From Candidatus Aminicenantes bacterium (lineage in GTDB: Bacteria > Acidobacteriota > Aminicenantia > Aminicenantales > JAFGBC01), in assembly GCA_963702005.1 (NCBI GenBank), contig OY969696.1, positions 1,248,001 to 1,312,000 on the forward strand: 64,000 bases of DNA, written 5' to 3'. This document shows, piece after piece, positions 38,676 to 47,778 of the stretch. A program made the translations under genes and the position numbers. The notes under the pieces are model-generated. The model saw nothing but the letters and a program-made list of their open reading frames with translations. It had not been told where the DNA came from and did no database searches. Numbering within the stretch: the stretch's first letter is position 1; every line of letters starts with the position of its first letter.

Positions 38676-40523
38676 TTATTCTCCTCCCAGGGCGACGGCA
38701 AGCAAGTACCAGGCGGCGTGGGGAAGCCACTGCTCGGTCCAGCGCCAATCGTCATCCTTGCCGGTCTCGGCGAAGTGGAGGCTATAATCGATATCCTCCT
38801 CGTCCCGGTAGCCGGCCGTGATTCCGTTCGAGATCCCGCCCGGCGCGTTCGTGTACTCGTACGAGTCGAAGAACATATAGGCGGGATTGTTGCGCCCCTG
38901 GCCGTAGAGCATGCAGCTGTCGTAAGGATTCAGGCCCAGGATCCAGTTCAGCTGGTCCGCGGCAAAACGCCGCAGACTCGCCTGGAACGCTTTGTCCGTG
39001 CCGAATTGCCGGGCGGCCAGCCTGGCCGCGGCGGCCAGCGAGCCCAGCCGGGCGTTCTCGCCCTGCCACCAGGGCGCGGTCTCCGTGTCGTGGGGGAAAA
39101 AGAAGCTCGTCCGGCGGCGGCCGTCCTTGCTCTGGACGAGCTGACGGCTGTAGCCGAACGGGTTAGGGACTTCCCCGCTGACCGCGAGCTCGAAGGCCAG
39201 CGACCTCCCGACGGCCTCCAGGACCTTCGCCCGAGTTCCGGGGTCGGCGATTTCCGCGTATTCGAGAAGGCTCAGCACCGGCAGCCCGGCATCGACGGGA
39301 TGGAAAAAGGGGCGGTCGCCGTCGCCGGCCCGCCAGTAATCCTTGTAGGGACCGCTCGCCGTCAATCGCGCCGTCAGGCTCCGGGCTCGCTTGTCGGCGG
39401 CCTCTTTGTAAGCGGGCTTTCCGGTCGTCCGGGCAAGCTCCACGGCCGCAAGGAGCGCGCAATAGTCGTCGATGATGTTCTCCTTTCCGTCGTTGGCGTA
39501 GAGGAGGTTGTTCGTCTCGAGATGGGAGAAGGCGTCCTCGGCCGCTTTGAGATAGTCGGCGGCGCCGAAGTCGCCGGCGTCGCCGCAGGCCGCGGCCATG
39601 GCCAGCGCGGCGATGCACAACCCGGCCCCTTCCCGGTAGCCGGCTTCGTAGGCCGCCCGGCCCGCGATTTTCTCACGGCCGTAGTCGCGGAACGTGTCCT
39701 TGGTCTCCGGGGTCAGGATGATGTGCCGGTCCGCCTTGGGGGTAATGAGGCGATCCTCCGGTTTTTTCCCGGGGCCGCGGCCGGAGACGGTGATGATGAA
39801 CGAGCCTTCCGGGTCCTTGATCCGGACCAGGTAATCGGCTCCGAAGAGGGCCTCGTCCAGGAGCCTCCTCAGGTATTGCCGGAAGTTGGGGTCGTTCCGG
39901 CGGCCCAACTCCCGGTGCGTCCTGAACAGGCTCCAAGCCGTGAGCGAGATCTGCTGAGGGTTGAAGTAGCCCGAGAAGGAGAGATGGGACAGGTGCTTTC
40001 CGTAATCGCCGGTCGCGTCGAACCAACCGCCGTGGACGTCGACCGTCCCCGGCCGTCCCTCGAAGCGCATCATCCGATCGGCCTTGTCGAGCAACCCCGA
40101 CGAGCGCTGGCCTTTGAAGTAGTAGATGACCTCCGAGATCGTCGCCCGTTCCAGGACGTTCTTTTGGACGAGGAACGGCTCGGAGCGGACGATCCCCTTG
40201 GGCGACGAACATTCGATGGAATAAGTCCCCTCCCGCCGGACATCGGAGAAATCCGCCGTCCAGAAGCGCCAGTCCTTCCATTTCTGGACCGGTCCGACGA
40301 AAACGAAAATCCCGGACAGCGCTTCCTCTCCGGTCGCGCCGTTGAGGATTTTGAACCCGCTGAACTCGTCGCCCGCGCGGCCCAGGATGACGGCCCGCTT
40401 CGGGCCGGCCGCGTCGTAGCCGACGTGGTTGACGAGGACTTTCGCGTCCAGGGCCAGTCCGGCCCCGGCCAGTGCCAGACTCAGGCTGAAGGCCATGCCA
40501 ATCCGGATCGCTTTAGTTTTCAT
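38676..40523 (-). CDS. GH9 glycoside hydrolase (exo-beta-glucosaminidase-like branch)
   Basis: Signal peptide, Ig-like NHVGY, GGWFDATGDYGKHLSHL, WWQGENARL, WILGLNPYD and EQWLPH. Confidence 0.85.
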   Translation of the reverse strand: MKTKAIRIGMAFSLSLALAGAGLALDAKVLVNHVGYDAAGPKRAVILGRAGDEFSGFKILNGATGEEALSGIFVFVGPVQKWKDWRFWTADFSDVRREGTYSIECSSPKGIVRSEPFLVQKNVLERATISEVIYYFKGQRSSGLLDKADRMMRFEGRPGTVDVHGGWFDATGDYGKHLSHLSFSGYFNPQQISLTAWSLFRTHRELGRRNDPNFRQYLRRLLDEALFGADYLVRIKDPEGSFIITVSGRGPGKKPEDRLITPKADRHIILTPETKDTFRDYGREKIAGRAAYEAGYREGAGLCIAALAMAAACGDAGDFGAADYLKAAEDAFSHLETNNLLYANDGKENIIDDYCALLAAVELARTTGKPAYKEAADKRARSLTARLTASGPYKDYWRAGDGDRPFFHPVDAGLPVLSLLEYAEIADPGTRAKVLEAVGRSLAFELAVSGEVPNPFGYSRQLVQSKDGRRRTSFFFPHDTETAPWWQGENARLGSLAAAARLAARQFGTDKAFQASLRRFAADQLNWILGLNPYDSCMLYGQGRNNPAYMFFDSYEYTNAPGGISNGITAGYRDEEDIDYSLHFAETGKDDDWRWTEQWLPHAAWYLLAVALGGE

Positions 40524-40696
40524 GAGTTCTCTCCTCAGCCATGGAATGAGACAGTTTCCATTCTATGGCTCCCTGCGAACGGATTGCAAGCGGGGGGCTC
40601 GGGGCAGGATGGCTCGGACGATTATGTTGACGGGAGTCGCCGTTGGCGATTACTATGTCATCCGGTGATGTTTAGTCGCGATAAAGGAGTCATCCC

Positions 40697-42679
40697 ATGC
40701 CCGCAATCCGAAGTGTCTTGAAAATCGCTCTCCTGATCCTTATTGCGGCCGGCCTGGCTTTTCCGCTCCAGGCCCAGTGGACGCCCGACGAGATGATGAA
40801 GGTCAAGACCGTAGGAGGCGTCCAGGTCTCGCCCGACGGCAAGCGGGTCGTCTACACGGTGACCGAACCCATCATGACCGAGGACAAGAGCGAGTACCTG
40901 ACCCAGATTTGGATGGCCGCCGCCGACGGCACGGAGAGCTTTCCCTTTACGTTCGGGGACAAGTCCTCCACGAACCCCCAGTGGTCGCCCTGCGGTCGCT
41001 GGATTGCGTTTACGTCGGGCCGTTCGGGGAAGACCAACATTTGGCTCATCCGCGCCGACGGAGGCGAGGCCGAGCGGCTGACCGACGTCAAGAGCGGCGT
41101 CGGCGACTTCGCCTGGTCCCCGGACGGAGGCTGGATCGCTTTTACCATGGCCGAACCCTCCAGCGACCAGGAGGAGAAGGACCAAAAGGCTCGGAACGAC
41201 CCCAGGGTTGTCGGCGAAGGCGCCAAGATGAGCCATCTCTGGGTCATCCCCGTGGCCAAGGACGCGGCCGGCAAAAGGGATGCCCGGCGCCTCACCAAGG
41301 GCGAGTTCTCGGTCAATGATTGGGATTGGTCGCCCGACGGAAAGTCGATCGTGTTTTCCCATCAGCCCACGCCGGTTGCGGACGATTGGACCCGGGCGGA
41401 CATCTCGGTCGTGGATGTCGCCTCGGCCGAGATGAAGACCTTTACGGCCGGCGGCGCGGCCGAGTCGGGGCCGCTCTATTCCCCCGACGGACGATGGATC
41501 GCCTTTACTTCAAGCGACATTCCCCCGACCTGGGCTCGCGTCGCGTGGGTCATGGTGGCTCCAGCGGCCGGGGGCGCGCCCCGGAAACTGGCAGCCACCT
41601 TCGACGAGCAGCCCGACCTTGTAGGCTGGTCGGCGGACGGCCGCGGCCTCTATTACACGGAGACAAACGGCACGGTCACTAGTCTGGGATTCCTACCCGT
41701 CGACGGCGGCTCGGCCAAGATCCTCAATCCCGGCGACACCCTCGTGTTCGCCGCCAACTTGAACCAGACCCGGACCGCGTTCGGCCTGAGCGCCCAGGGC
41801 TGGGATAGGCCGGCCGAGGCCTTCCTGATGTCGGCGGACGCTTGGTCCCCTCGTCAAGTCAGCAGGGTCAATGCCGACGCCCCCAAGCATCCCCTGGGAA
41901 AGACCGAGGTCATCCGCTGGAAGTCGAAGGACGGGCTCGAGATCGAAGGACTCCTGACCTATCCGGCCGGCTACGAGAAAGGCCGCCGTTATCCGTTGCT
42001 CCTGAACGTCCACGGCGGGCCGACCGGGGTTTTCGTCCGGAGCTTCATAGCCAACCGGGCGACCTATCCGATCGCTGCCTTCGCGGCCCAGGGTTGGGCC
42101 GTCTTGCGCTGTAACATCCGCGGCTCCTCCGGCTACGGGAAAAAATTCCGCTACGCCAACTATAAGGACTGGGGCGGGATGGACTTCCAAGACTTGATGA
42201 CGGGCGTGGATCGCGTCGTGGCCATGGGGGTGGCCGATCCGGAGCGGCTCGGCGTCATGGGCTGGAGCTACGGCGGATACATGACGTCCTGGATCATCAG
42301 CCAGACCAAAAGATTCAAGGCCGCCTCGATCGGGGCGCCGGTGACGAACCTGATGAGCTTTACCGGCACCTCCGACATCCCCAGCTTCATCCCCGATTAC
42401 TTCGGCGCCGAATTCTGGAACAACCCGGCGGCTTACCGGGCCCATTCGGCCATGTTCAACATCAAGGGCGCGACGACTCCGACCCTAATCCAGCAGGGGG
42501 AAGCGGACGTCCGGGTGCCCATCCAGCAGGGCTACGAGCTCTACAACGCCCTCAAGCGGCAGGGAACGACGGTCCGGATGGTCGTCTATCCGCGCCAGCC
42601 GCACGGCCTCCAGGAGCCTCGGCTCGTCCTCGACGCCGGCCGCCGCAACATCGAGTGGTTCAAGCAGTATCTCAAGTAG
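40697..42679 (+). CDS. S9 family peptidase (acylaminoacyl-peptidase-like)
   Basis: Signal peptide, WSPDG propeller repeats, HGGP, nucleophile GWSYGG, D.RVP and HG. Confidence 0.93.
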   Translation: MPAIRSVLKIALLILIAAGLAFPLQAQWTPDEMMKVKTVGGVQVSPDGKRVVYTVTEPIMTEDKSEYLTQIWMAAADGTESFPFTFGDKSSTNPQWSPCGRWIAFTSGRSGKTNIWLIRADGGEAERLTDVKSGVGDFAWSPDGGWIAFTMAEPSSDQEEKDQKARNDPRVVGEGAKMSHLWVIPVAKDAAGKRDARRLTKGEFSVNDWDWSPDGKSIVFSHQPTPVADDWTRADISVVDVASAEMKTFTAGGAAESGPLYSPDGRWIAFTSSDIPPTWARVAWVMVAPAAGGAPRKLAATFDEQPDLVGWSADGRGLYYTETNGTVTSLGFLPVDGGSAKILNPGDTLVFAANLNQTRTAFGLSAQGWDRPAEAFLMSADAWSPRQVSRVNADAPKHPLGKTEVIRWKSKDGLEIEGLLTYPAGYEKGRRYPLLLNVHGGPTGVFVRSFIANRATYPIAAFAAQGWAVLRCNIRGSSGYGKKFRYANYKDWGGMDFQDLMTGVDRVVAMGVADPERLGVMGWSYGGYMTSWIISQTKRFKAASIGAPVTNLMSFTGTSDIPSFIPDYFGAEFWNNPAAYRAHSAMFNIKGATTPTLIQQGEADVRVPIQQGYELYNALKRQGTTVRMVVYPRQPHGLQEPRLVLDAGRRNIEWFKQYLK

Positions 42680-44051
42680 CGCTTGAGCCGAAGAACTCCC
42701 GGTGCAGGGCCCGGACGGCGCGGGCCGTGTCCTTCCTGTTCACGATGAAGTAGGTTGCGACTTCGGACGCCCCGCTCGAGATCATCTCGACGTTGATCCC
42801 GGCTTTGGCCACGGCCGTGAAGATCCGGGCCGCGACCCCGCGCCGCTCGACCATCCCCTCGCCAACGACGGCGACCAGGGCCACGTCCTCCTCGAGGTCG
42901 ACCCGGGCGATGACGCCGTTCCGGTCGTTCTTGAGGGCCTGGTAGCTGCGCCGGGCGTCCTTCCGGTCGACCAGCAGGTTGATGCAGGTCTGGGCCGTGA
43001 TGATGGAATAGATGTTGATGTCGAGCGCCGAGAGCTGCCGGCCGATCCGGCCGACGATCCCCGGCTTGTAGCCGACGCCCGGCCCGTGGATCCTGATGAG
43101 GGCGATCCCTTCGTTGGCCGTGACGCTCTTGGCGACGCATGGTCTCGTCTCCGCCCGGCACCGGATCTCCGTTCCCGGATCGTCCGGGTCGAACAGGCCC
43201 TTGATCCGAACATCCACATCCAGCCCGGTCAGAGGCTCGAGCGTCCGGGGATGGAGAATCTTGGCGCCGAAATAGGAGAGCTCGGCGGCCTCGTAGTACG
43301 AGAGCCGGTCGATCTTGCGGGCGTTCTTCTCAGCGCCCGGATCGGCGCTCATGAACCCGCCCACGTCCTTCCAGATCTCGAGCGAGCGCGCCTTGAGGCC
43401 GTAGGCCACGACGGAGGCGCTGTAGTCCGAACCGTTCCGGCCGAAAAGCGAGATCTGGCCTTCGGGGGTGACGCCGAAAAATCCGGTGATGACCGGAACG
43501 GCGCGACCGCGCCGGATCTCCCCGGCCGCCCGTTTGAACTTCGTCTTGAACAGGCCCAGCTTGACCGTCGCGTTCTCCAAATTGTCGTCCGTGACCATTC
43601 CGATCCGGTCGCTGTCGAGCGGCCGAGCGGCGAAGCCTCGCGCACGGACGGCGCCCGCGACGAGCCGGGCCGCCAAACGCTCGCCGTAGCTCAGGACATG
43701 GTTGCGGATGGCCGGGCTGGCCTCGCCCGTGAAGGCGACTCCGTAGAGAAGGCGCTCGACCCGCTTGAGGGCGGCCTCGATCGACCGGACCGTTTCTTGC
43801 CGGAGGGCCTCGTCTCCGATCAAGCGCTCCGCGAACTTGACGTGCCTGGCCCTGAACGACTCGATCCGGTTCGGGATTGTCCGCTCATTGGCCAGGGCCG
43901 CGGCCACGCTTTCGATGAGATGGTCGGTGACGCCCTGGAGGGCGGAGACGACGACCACGGGCATCCGCTTTTCGCCGGCGACGATATCCACAACCCTCTT
44001 CAGCGTTTCCTCGGTCTTGAGGCAGCCTCCTCCAAATTTCATGACCTTCAT
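42672..44051 (-). CDS. lysC: Aspartate kinase with ACT domains
   Basis: VMKFGG, VVVSA, SYGERL, GRNGSDYSA, WKDVGG..SADP and EAAELSYFGAKILHP. Confidence 0.9.
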   Translation of the reverse strand: MKVMKFGGGCLKTEETLKRVVDIVAGEKRMPVVVVSALQGVTDHLIESVAAALANERTIPNRIESFRARHVKFAERLIGDEALRQETVRSIEAALKRVERLLYGVAFTGEASPAIRNHVLSYGERLAARLVAGAVRARGFAARPLDSDRIGMVTDDNLENATVKLGLFKTKFKRAAGEIRRGRAVPVITGFFGVTPEGQISLFGRNGSDYSASVVAYGLKARSLEIWKDVGGFMSADPGAEKNARKIDRLSYYEAAELSYFGAKILHPRTLEPLTGLDVDVRIKGLFDPDDPGTEIRCRAETRPCVAKSVTANEGIALIRIHGPGVGYKPGIVGRIGRQLSALDINIYSIITAQTCINLLVDRKDARRSYQALKNDRNGVIARVDLEEDVALVAVVGEGMVERRGVAARIFTAVAKAGINVEMISSGASEVATYFIVNRKDTARAVRALHREFFGSSAT

Positions 44052-45157
44052 GGTTGAGACTCCTCTTTCTTTCGCGCGCCGACTTGGCGGGGGATAAGAC
44101 CCCGCCGAACGGCGAGTTCGGCGTTCAGGACCGAGGCCCCGGCCGCGCCGCGGACCGTGTTGTGGACCAACGCGAACAAATTTAAAAACCGGCCCGAGCG
44201 CCGGATGCGGCCGACGGTCACGGCCATGCCCCTGGCCCGTTCGGGCGAACCGGCCTCGACGTCGAGGGCGGGTTGGGGACGGTCCTCTTCGCGTCCGACG
44301 ATGACGGGCGCCTCGGGGGCGGTGGGAAGCCGGAGCCTCTGAGGGATGCCCCGAAACGAGGCGAGCGCCTCCCGGGCGTCTTCCGGATCGATCTCGCGAT
44401 CGAGCTCGAGCGCCAGGCTGAGGAGGTGCCCGTCTCGGATGGGGACGCGGGCGCAGCTCGCGTTGACCGCGAACGGCGCGGGTTCAACAGCGTTCCCGGC
44501 CAGGCGGCCTAAAATCTTTTTCGATTCCCGCGCCAGTTTCTCCTCTTCGTTTCCGATGTAGGGGACTACGTTGGCCGCGATGTCGAAGGCCGCCAGCCCC
44601 CGCCGGCCGGCGCCCGAGATGGCCTGGTAGCTCGTCGCGATGACGGTCTTGATCCCGAACGGCTCGAAGGGTTTGAGGGCCAGGACCAGGCCCGAGGTCG
44701 TGCAATTCGAGTTCGCTATGATGAATCCGCCGTGCCGCTCGATTTGGCCTCGGGCGAGCTCGATGTGATCCCCGTTGACCTCGGGAACGAGGATCGGGAC
44801 GTCCTCGTCCATCCGATGGGCGCTCGCGTTGGAGAAAACGGCCAGGCCGCCGTCGCGGAGCTTCGTTTCGACGCCGCGGGCGGTCGCGGCCGGGAGAGCG
44901 TCGAAGGCGATGGCAATTCCGGTTTCAATCAGACTCCGGGCCGAGCTGAGCAGGATTTCCATTCCGGCCGCCGCGCGGGGAACGTTCCCGCCCAAAGTCC
45001 AACTCACGGCGGCGCCGTATATTCGGCCCGCCGAGCGGGCCGAGGCGGTCAGAGCCCCGATCTCGAACCAGGGATGGTCCGCCAGAAGTCTTACGAACCG
45101 CTGGCCGACCAGCCCGGTCGCGCCCAGTACGGCTACCTTGATTTTCGAGCTATCCAT
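44048..45157 (-). CDS. asd: Aspartate-semialdehyde dehydrogenase (archaeal/fungal-type)
   Basis: VAVLGATGLVGQRF, SNASAHRM..DVP, NSNCTT, QAISGAG and HNTVRGAAG. Confidence 0.93.
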   Translation of the reverse strand: MDSSKIKVAVLGATGLVGQRFVRLLADHPWFEIGALTASARSAGRIYGAAVSWTLGGNVPRAAAGMEILLSSARSLIETGIAIAFDALPAATARGVETKLRDGGLAVFSNASAHRMDEDVPILVPEVNGDHIELARGQIERHGGFIIANSNCTTSGLVLALKPFEPFGIKTVIATSYQAISGAGRRGLAAFDIAANVVPYIGNEEEKLARESKKILGRLAGNAVEPAPFAVNASCARVPIRDGHLLSLALELDREIDPEDAREALASFRGIPQRLRLPTAPEAPVIVGREEDRPQPALDVEAGSPERARGMAVTVGRIRRSGRFLNLFALVHNTVRGAAGASVLNAELAVRRGLIPRQVGARKKEESQP

Positions 45158-45911
45158 GTCGATGTCCTTTCCCGCGGAGGGGATTCTCCCTTCCGCGGTC
45201 GACGGTGCTGATTCGGCCCGGATCGACCGGAACGCGGACGATCTCGGGAACGTCTCCGCAGACGGCCAGAGTGTCTTCGATGATGACGAGCAGGCCTTCG
45301 ATCCCTTCGACCAAGAGCTTGGCCATGGCCTCCTCGATCAGGGCGCGCTCGTTGGCCTTGATGGCGTTCCCGAGCGCCGTCGCGGCAGCGTCGGCCAGAC
45401 AGGGATCCGCCGAGATGACGGTCGCCGCGTCGGCCCGGCCGAAGCTCAGGGAATGGCCGACCGTCCCCGACGATGTGCAGACGCCGACGATGCCGGGGCG
45501 CGGCTCGAAGCGGAGGCCGATGTCCCGGATCGGAGACGGTCCGGCGAATATCCCGACCGTGACCGGACGGTCCGCGGCCATCGCGATATCGCCCCCGTTG
45601 TCGACGACGGCGTGCGTCGCGCCGGCCTCGATCATGGCCCGCAGCCCGAACTCGGCCACGGCCCCCGCCACCGCCGCCATCGGACCCACCCCCATCCGGC
45701 CGGCCGCCCCGGCCATGCGGCGGACGATTTCGGGAGCATCGGCCGGGACTTCGCAGGGCGCCAGCGATTCCCGGAATTCGGGATCCCTGCGGATATAGTC
45801 CTCAAGATATCTTCGCTGGCGGGCGATCTCCCGTTCGGCGGCAGGGATGAAAACCTCCTCCGCGATAACCGTGGCGATTGTTTCCCCGATATGGATCAGG
45901 CGTCTTTTCAT
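45150..45911 (-). CDS. UPF0280 (ApbE-like, COG2122) protein
   Basis: VGPMAAVAGA, VDNGGDI and CTSSGTVGHSLSFG.ADAATV. Confidence 0.9.
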   Translation of the reverse strand: MKRRLIHIGETIATVIAEEVFIPAAEREIARQRRYLEDYIRRDPEFRESLAPCEVPADAPEIVRRMAGAAGRMGVGPMAAVAGAVAEFGLRAMIEAGATHAVVDNGGDIAMAADRPVTVGIFAGPSPIRDIGLRFEPRPGIVGVCTSSGTVGHSLSFGRADAATVISADPCLADAAATALGNAIKANERALIEEAMAKLLVEGIEGLLVIIEDTLAVCGDVPEIVRVPVDPGRISTVDRGRENPLRGKGHRHG

Positions 45912-45919
45912 ATGGAGTC

Positions 45920-47348
45920 TCAGCTTTGCCGGAGCCTCTCGGCCCGGTCATCGACGATGTTTCGGACCGGGCCGAGAAAGCGCGTCGGCTTCTTAGAGTT
46001 GGGCGGCCGGATGGCGCCGACCGGGCAGGCATCGGCGCAGAGACGGCAGCCGGCGCATGCGGATGCGTCGGCCCTGATGGCCCAGGCCCGCGTCCTGCGG
46101 AAAACGCCCCGGGGACAGATGGAGAGACATTCTCCGCATTCGATGCAGGTCGCCGCGTCCCAGGCGACGCGCCCCTTCGAAGAAAACGCAGGCGACGGCG
46201 TTCGGCCCGGGCCGCCGGGCTGGGACGGCCGCCGTTCGAGAGGCTTGACCGCCGCCTGCGTAGGAAGGTTTTCGCTGGGCGCCGTCAGAAGAAACTCGCC
46301 TCGCTCGATCCACCTCTTGAGCGCTTCGGCGATGCGCCGGGCCGCGGCGAAGCTCGAGAGGGGAGAGGTCCGGACATCGCGGCCGGCGAGTTCGATCGCG
46401 CCGGACTTGAGCTCGGCGTAGCTGACCGTTCGCAGGGCGGGCCTCGTCCGGGACGGGACGCCGTAGTCGATGACGCTCGTGAAGATATCTCCGTCGCCGA
46501 CGCCGGCCGCCCGGGCGACCCCGGCGTCAAGGACGGGGATGGGGATCCCGACCCCGACATAGAGCGTCGAGCCGTAGCCGGGGAAGGTCGCGGCCCGGAC
46601 GAACTCGGGCGACATTCTCTTGAGATCGCCCTGAACCATGAGGGTCCCGAAGCCGCTCTGGGGGCTGTGTTGGGTGCCCGGGCCGGTTACGAACCCGGGG
46701 GCGCCGCCCAGGAAGATCCGCGTCCCGATCCCGATCGTCCGGTAGCCCGGGTCGTTCGAAAGCGGCGAGAGGGCGCCGGCCCCGGAGAAGGTCACGTTCC
46801 CGAAGCGGGGGAGGAGCTTCCCCATGTAGGTCCGCAGCGTCCGCGGCCCCGAGTTCGTGGCGGCGTTGTAGCGCTGATAGCCGTTGCGGGGGTTGCTCAT
46901 GATGGCCGAGTTCAGGTCGGCGAGCTTTAGCGTGGTCACGATTCTTTTGCGCGGGTAGCAGTCCGTCCCGTAGGCGACGGCCCGGAGGACGACCGGCTTG
47001 CCGCGGAGGAGGTCCTCGATGACGTGGGCTCCGCCGTAGGTGATCCCGCGCGAACGGGAGGGCTGGGTCGCCCCGATGTAGGCGTCCACGGCCGCAACCC
47101 CCGTGTAGGCCTCGACGTCGTTGAGCCAGAACGCGGCCCATCTTGATCGGGGGTTCGGAATGGCCGAAGTTGAGCCAAACGCCCGAGGAGCACATGGCGC
47201 CGAAGGTTCCGGTCGTGACGACGTCAACCTCTTGGGCGGCCCGCTCGGGGCCTTTGGCGCGGACGAGCGACGCCATTTCGTCGGCGCGGATGACGCGGAC
47301 GGTCCCGCGGCTGATCTTTTTATTGATATCGGATAGGGTCTTGGACAC
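45920..47348 (-). CDS. L-aspartate-semialdehyde sulfurtransferase (DUF39 homocysteine biosynthesis protein) fused to a 2x[4Fe-4S] ferredoxin; +1 frameshift near 47130
   Basis: GTG start with [25 protein letters not shown] is in one frame; [43 protein letters not shown] and [12 protein letters not shown] in another. Span is 1429 nt (3n+1). Confidence 0.85.
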
Positions 47349-47480
47349 AGGTTTCCTCCTTGTCTGTGAAGTTATTGAACGGGGACGGAAGCCTCAGCGC
47401 TTCCGGATCGGGGGTCCCGAATTTCGGCCCTCGGGCGAGAGCCGCCATTCGGGCTTCACATTATCATAAAGGAGGGAAAT
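47349..47480 (-). promoter_or_regulatory. Structured 5' leader with anti-SD (candidate translational attenuator)
   Basis: Minus-strand CCTCCTT (47475-47469) is complementary to SD AAGGAGG (47361-47355). Nested stems: TGTGAAG/CTTCACA, CCCGAAT/ATTCGGG, CGGCTCTC/GAGGGCCG and CGGAAGC/GCTTCCG. Confidence 0.55.
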
Positions 47481-47554
47481 ACAAAGCGGGACGGAGTCCG
47501 GGATTCCGGGTGGGCCTTGACGGCCGATGTTTGGATTCTGCTTATCGGACTCAT
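47456..47554 (-). CDS. Putative 32-aa leader peptide MSPISRIQTSAVKAHPESRTPSRFVFPSFMIM
   Basis: ORF starts 11 nt after a -10 element and ends ATG ATA ATG TGA, directly after the anti-SD codons CCC TCC TTT. Confidence 0.5.
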   Translation of the reverse strand: MSPISRIQTSAVKAHPESRTPSRFVFPSFMIM

Positions 47555-47565
47555 TTCGACTGCGG

Positions 47566-47594
47566 TTTTTAACACAGGACGGATCGTTTGTCAA
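47566..47594 (-). promoter_or_regulatory. sigma70-like promoter of the homocysteine operon
   Basis: TTGACA-17 nt-TAAAAA with TGn extension and an upstream A-tract. Confidence 0.6.
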
Positions 47595-47778
47595 TGTCTT
47601 TGTTTATTTTTTTGGCGACGGCGCCGACGGCCGCGAGAAGGGACGCCGCTTCGGGCCGGGGCGGGAGGGGAATCCGTCCTTCCCAGGCCTCGGCTTCGCG
47701 GAGAGCGGGGCCGAGCCGGGACAGTTCAGAGAACTCGACGAGCCCGGGAGTCCCATGAATTGCCGATGTGGGCGATCC

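Noticed and set aside
47349-47560. SAM-I riboswitch or T-box upstream of the homocysteine operon
   Set aside because: I could not find the SAM-I core (ATCnAGAG, GCAACC, GTGC) or the T-box GGTGGnACC motif; the region is reported as a different candidate instead.
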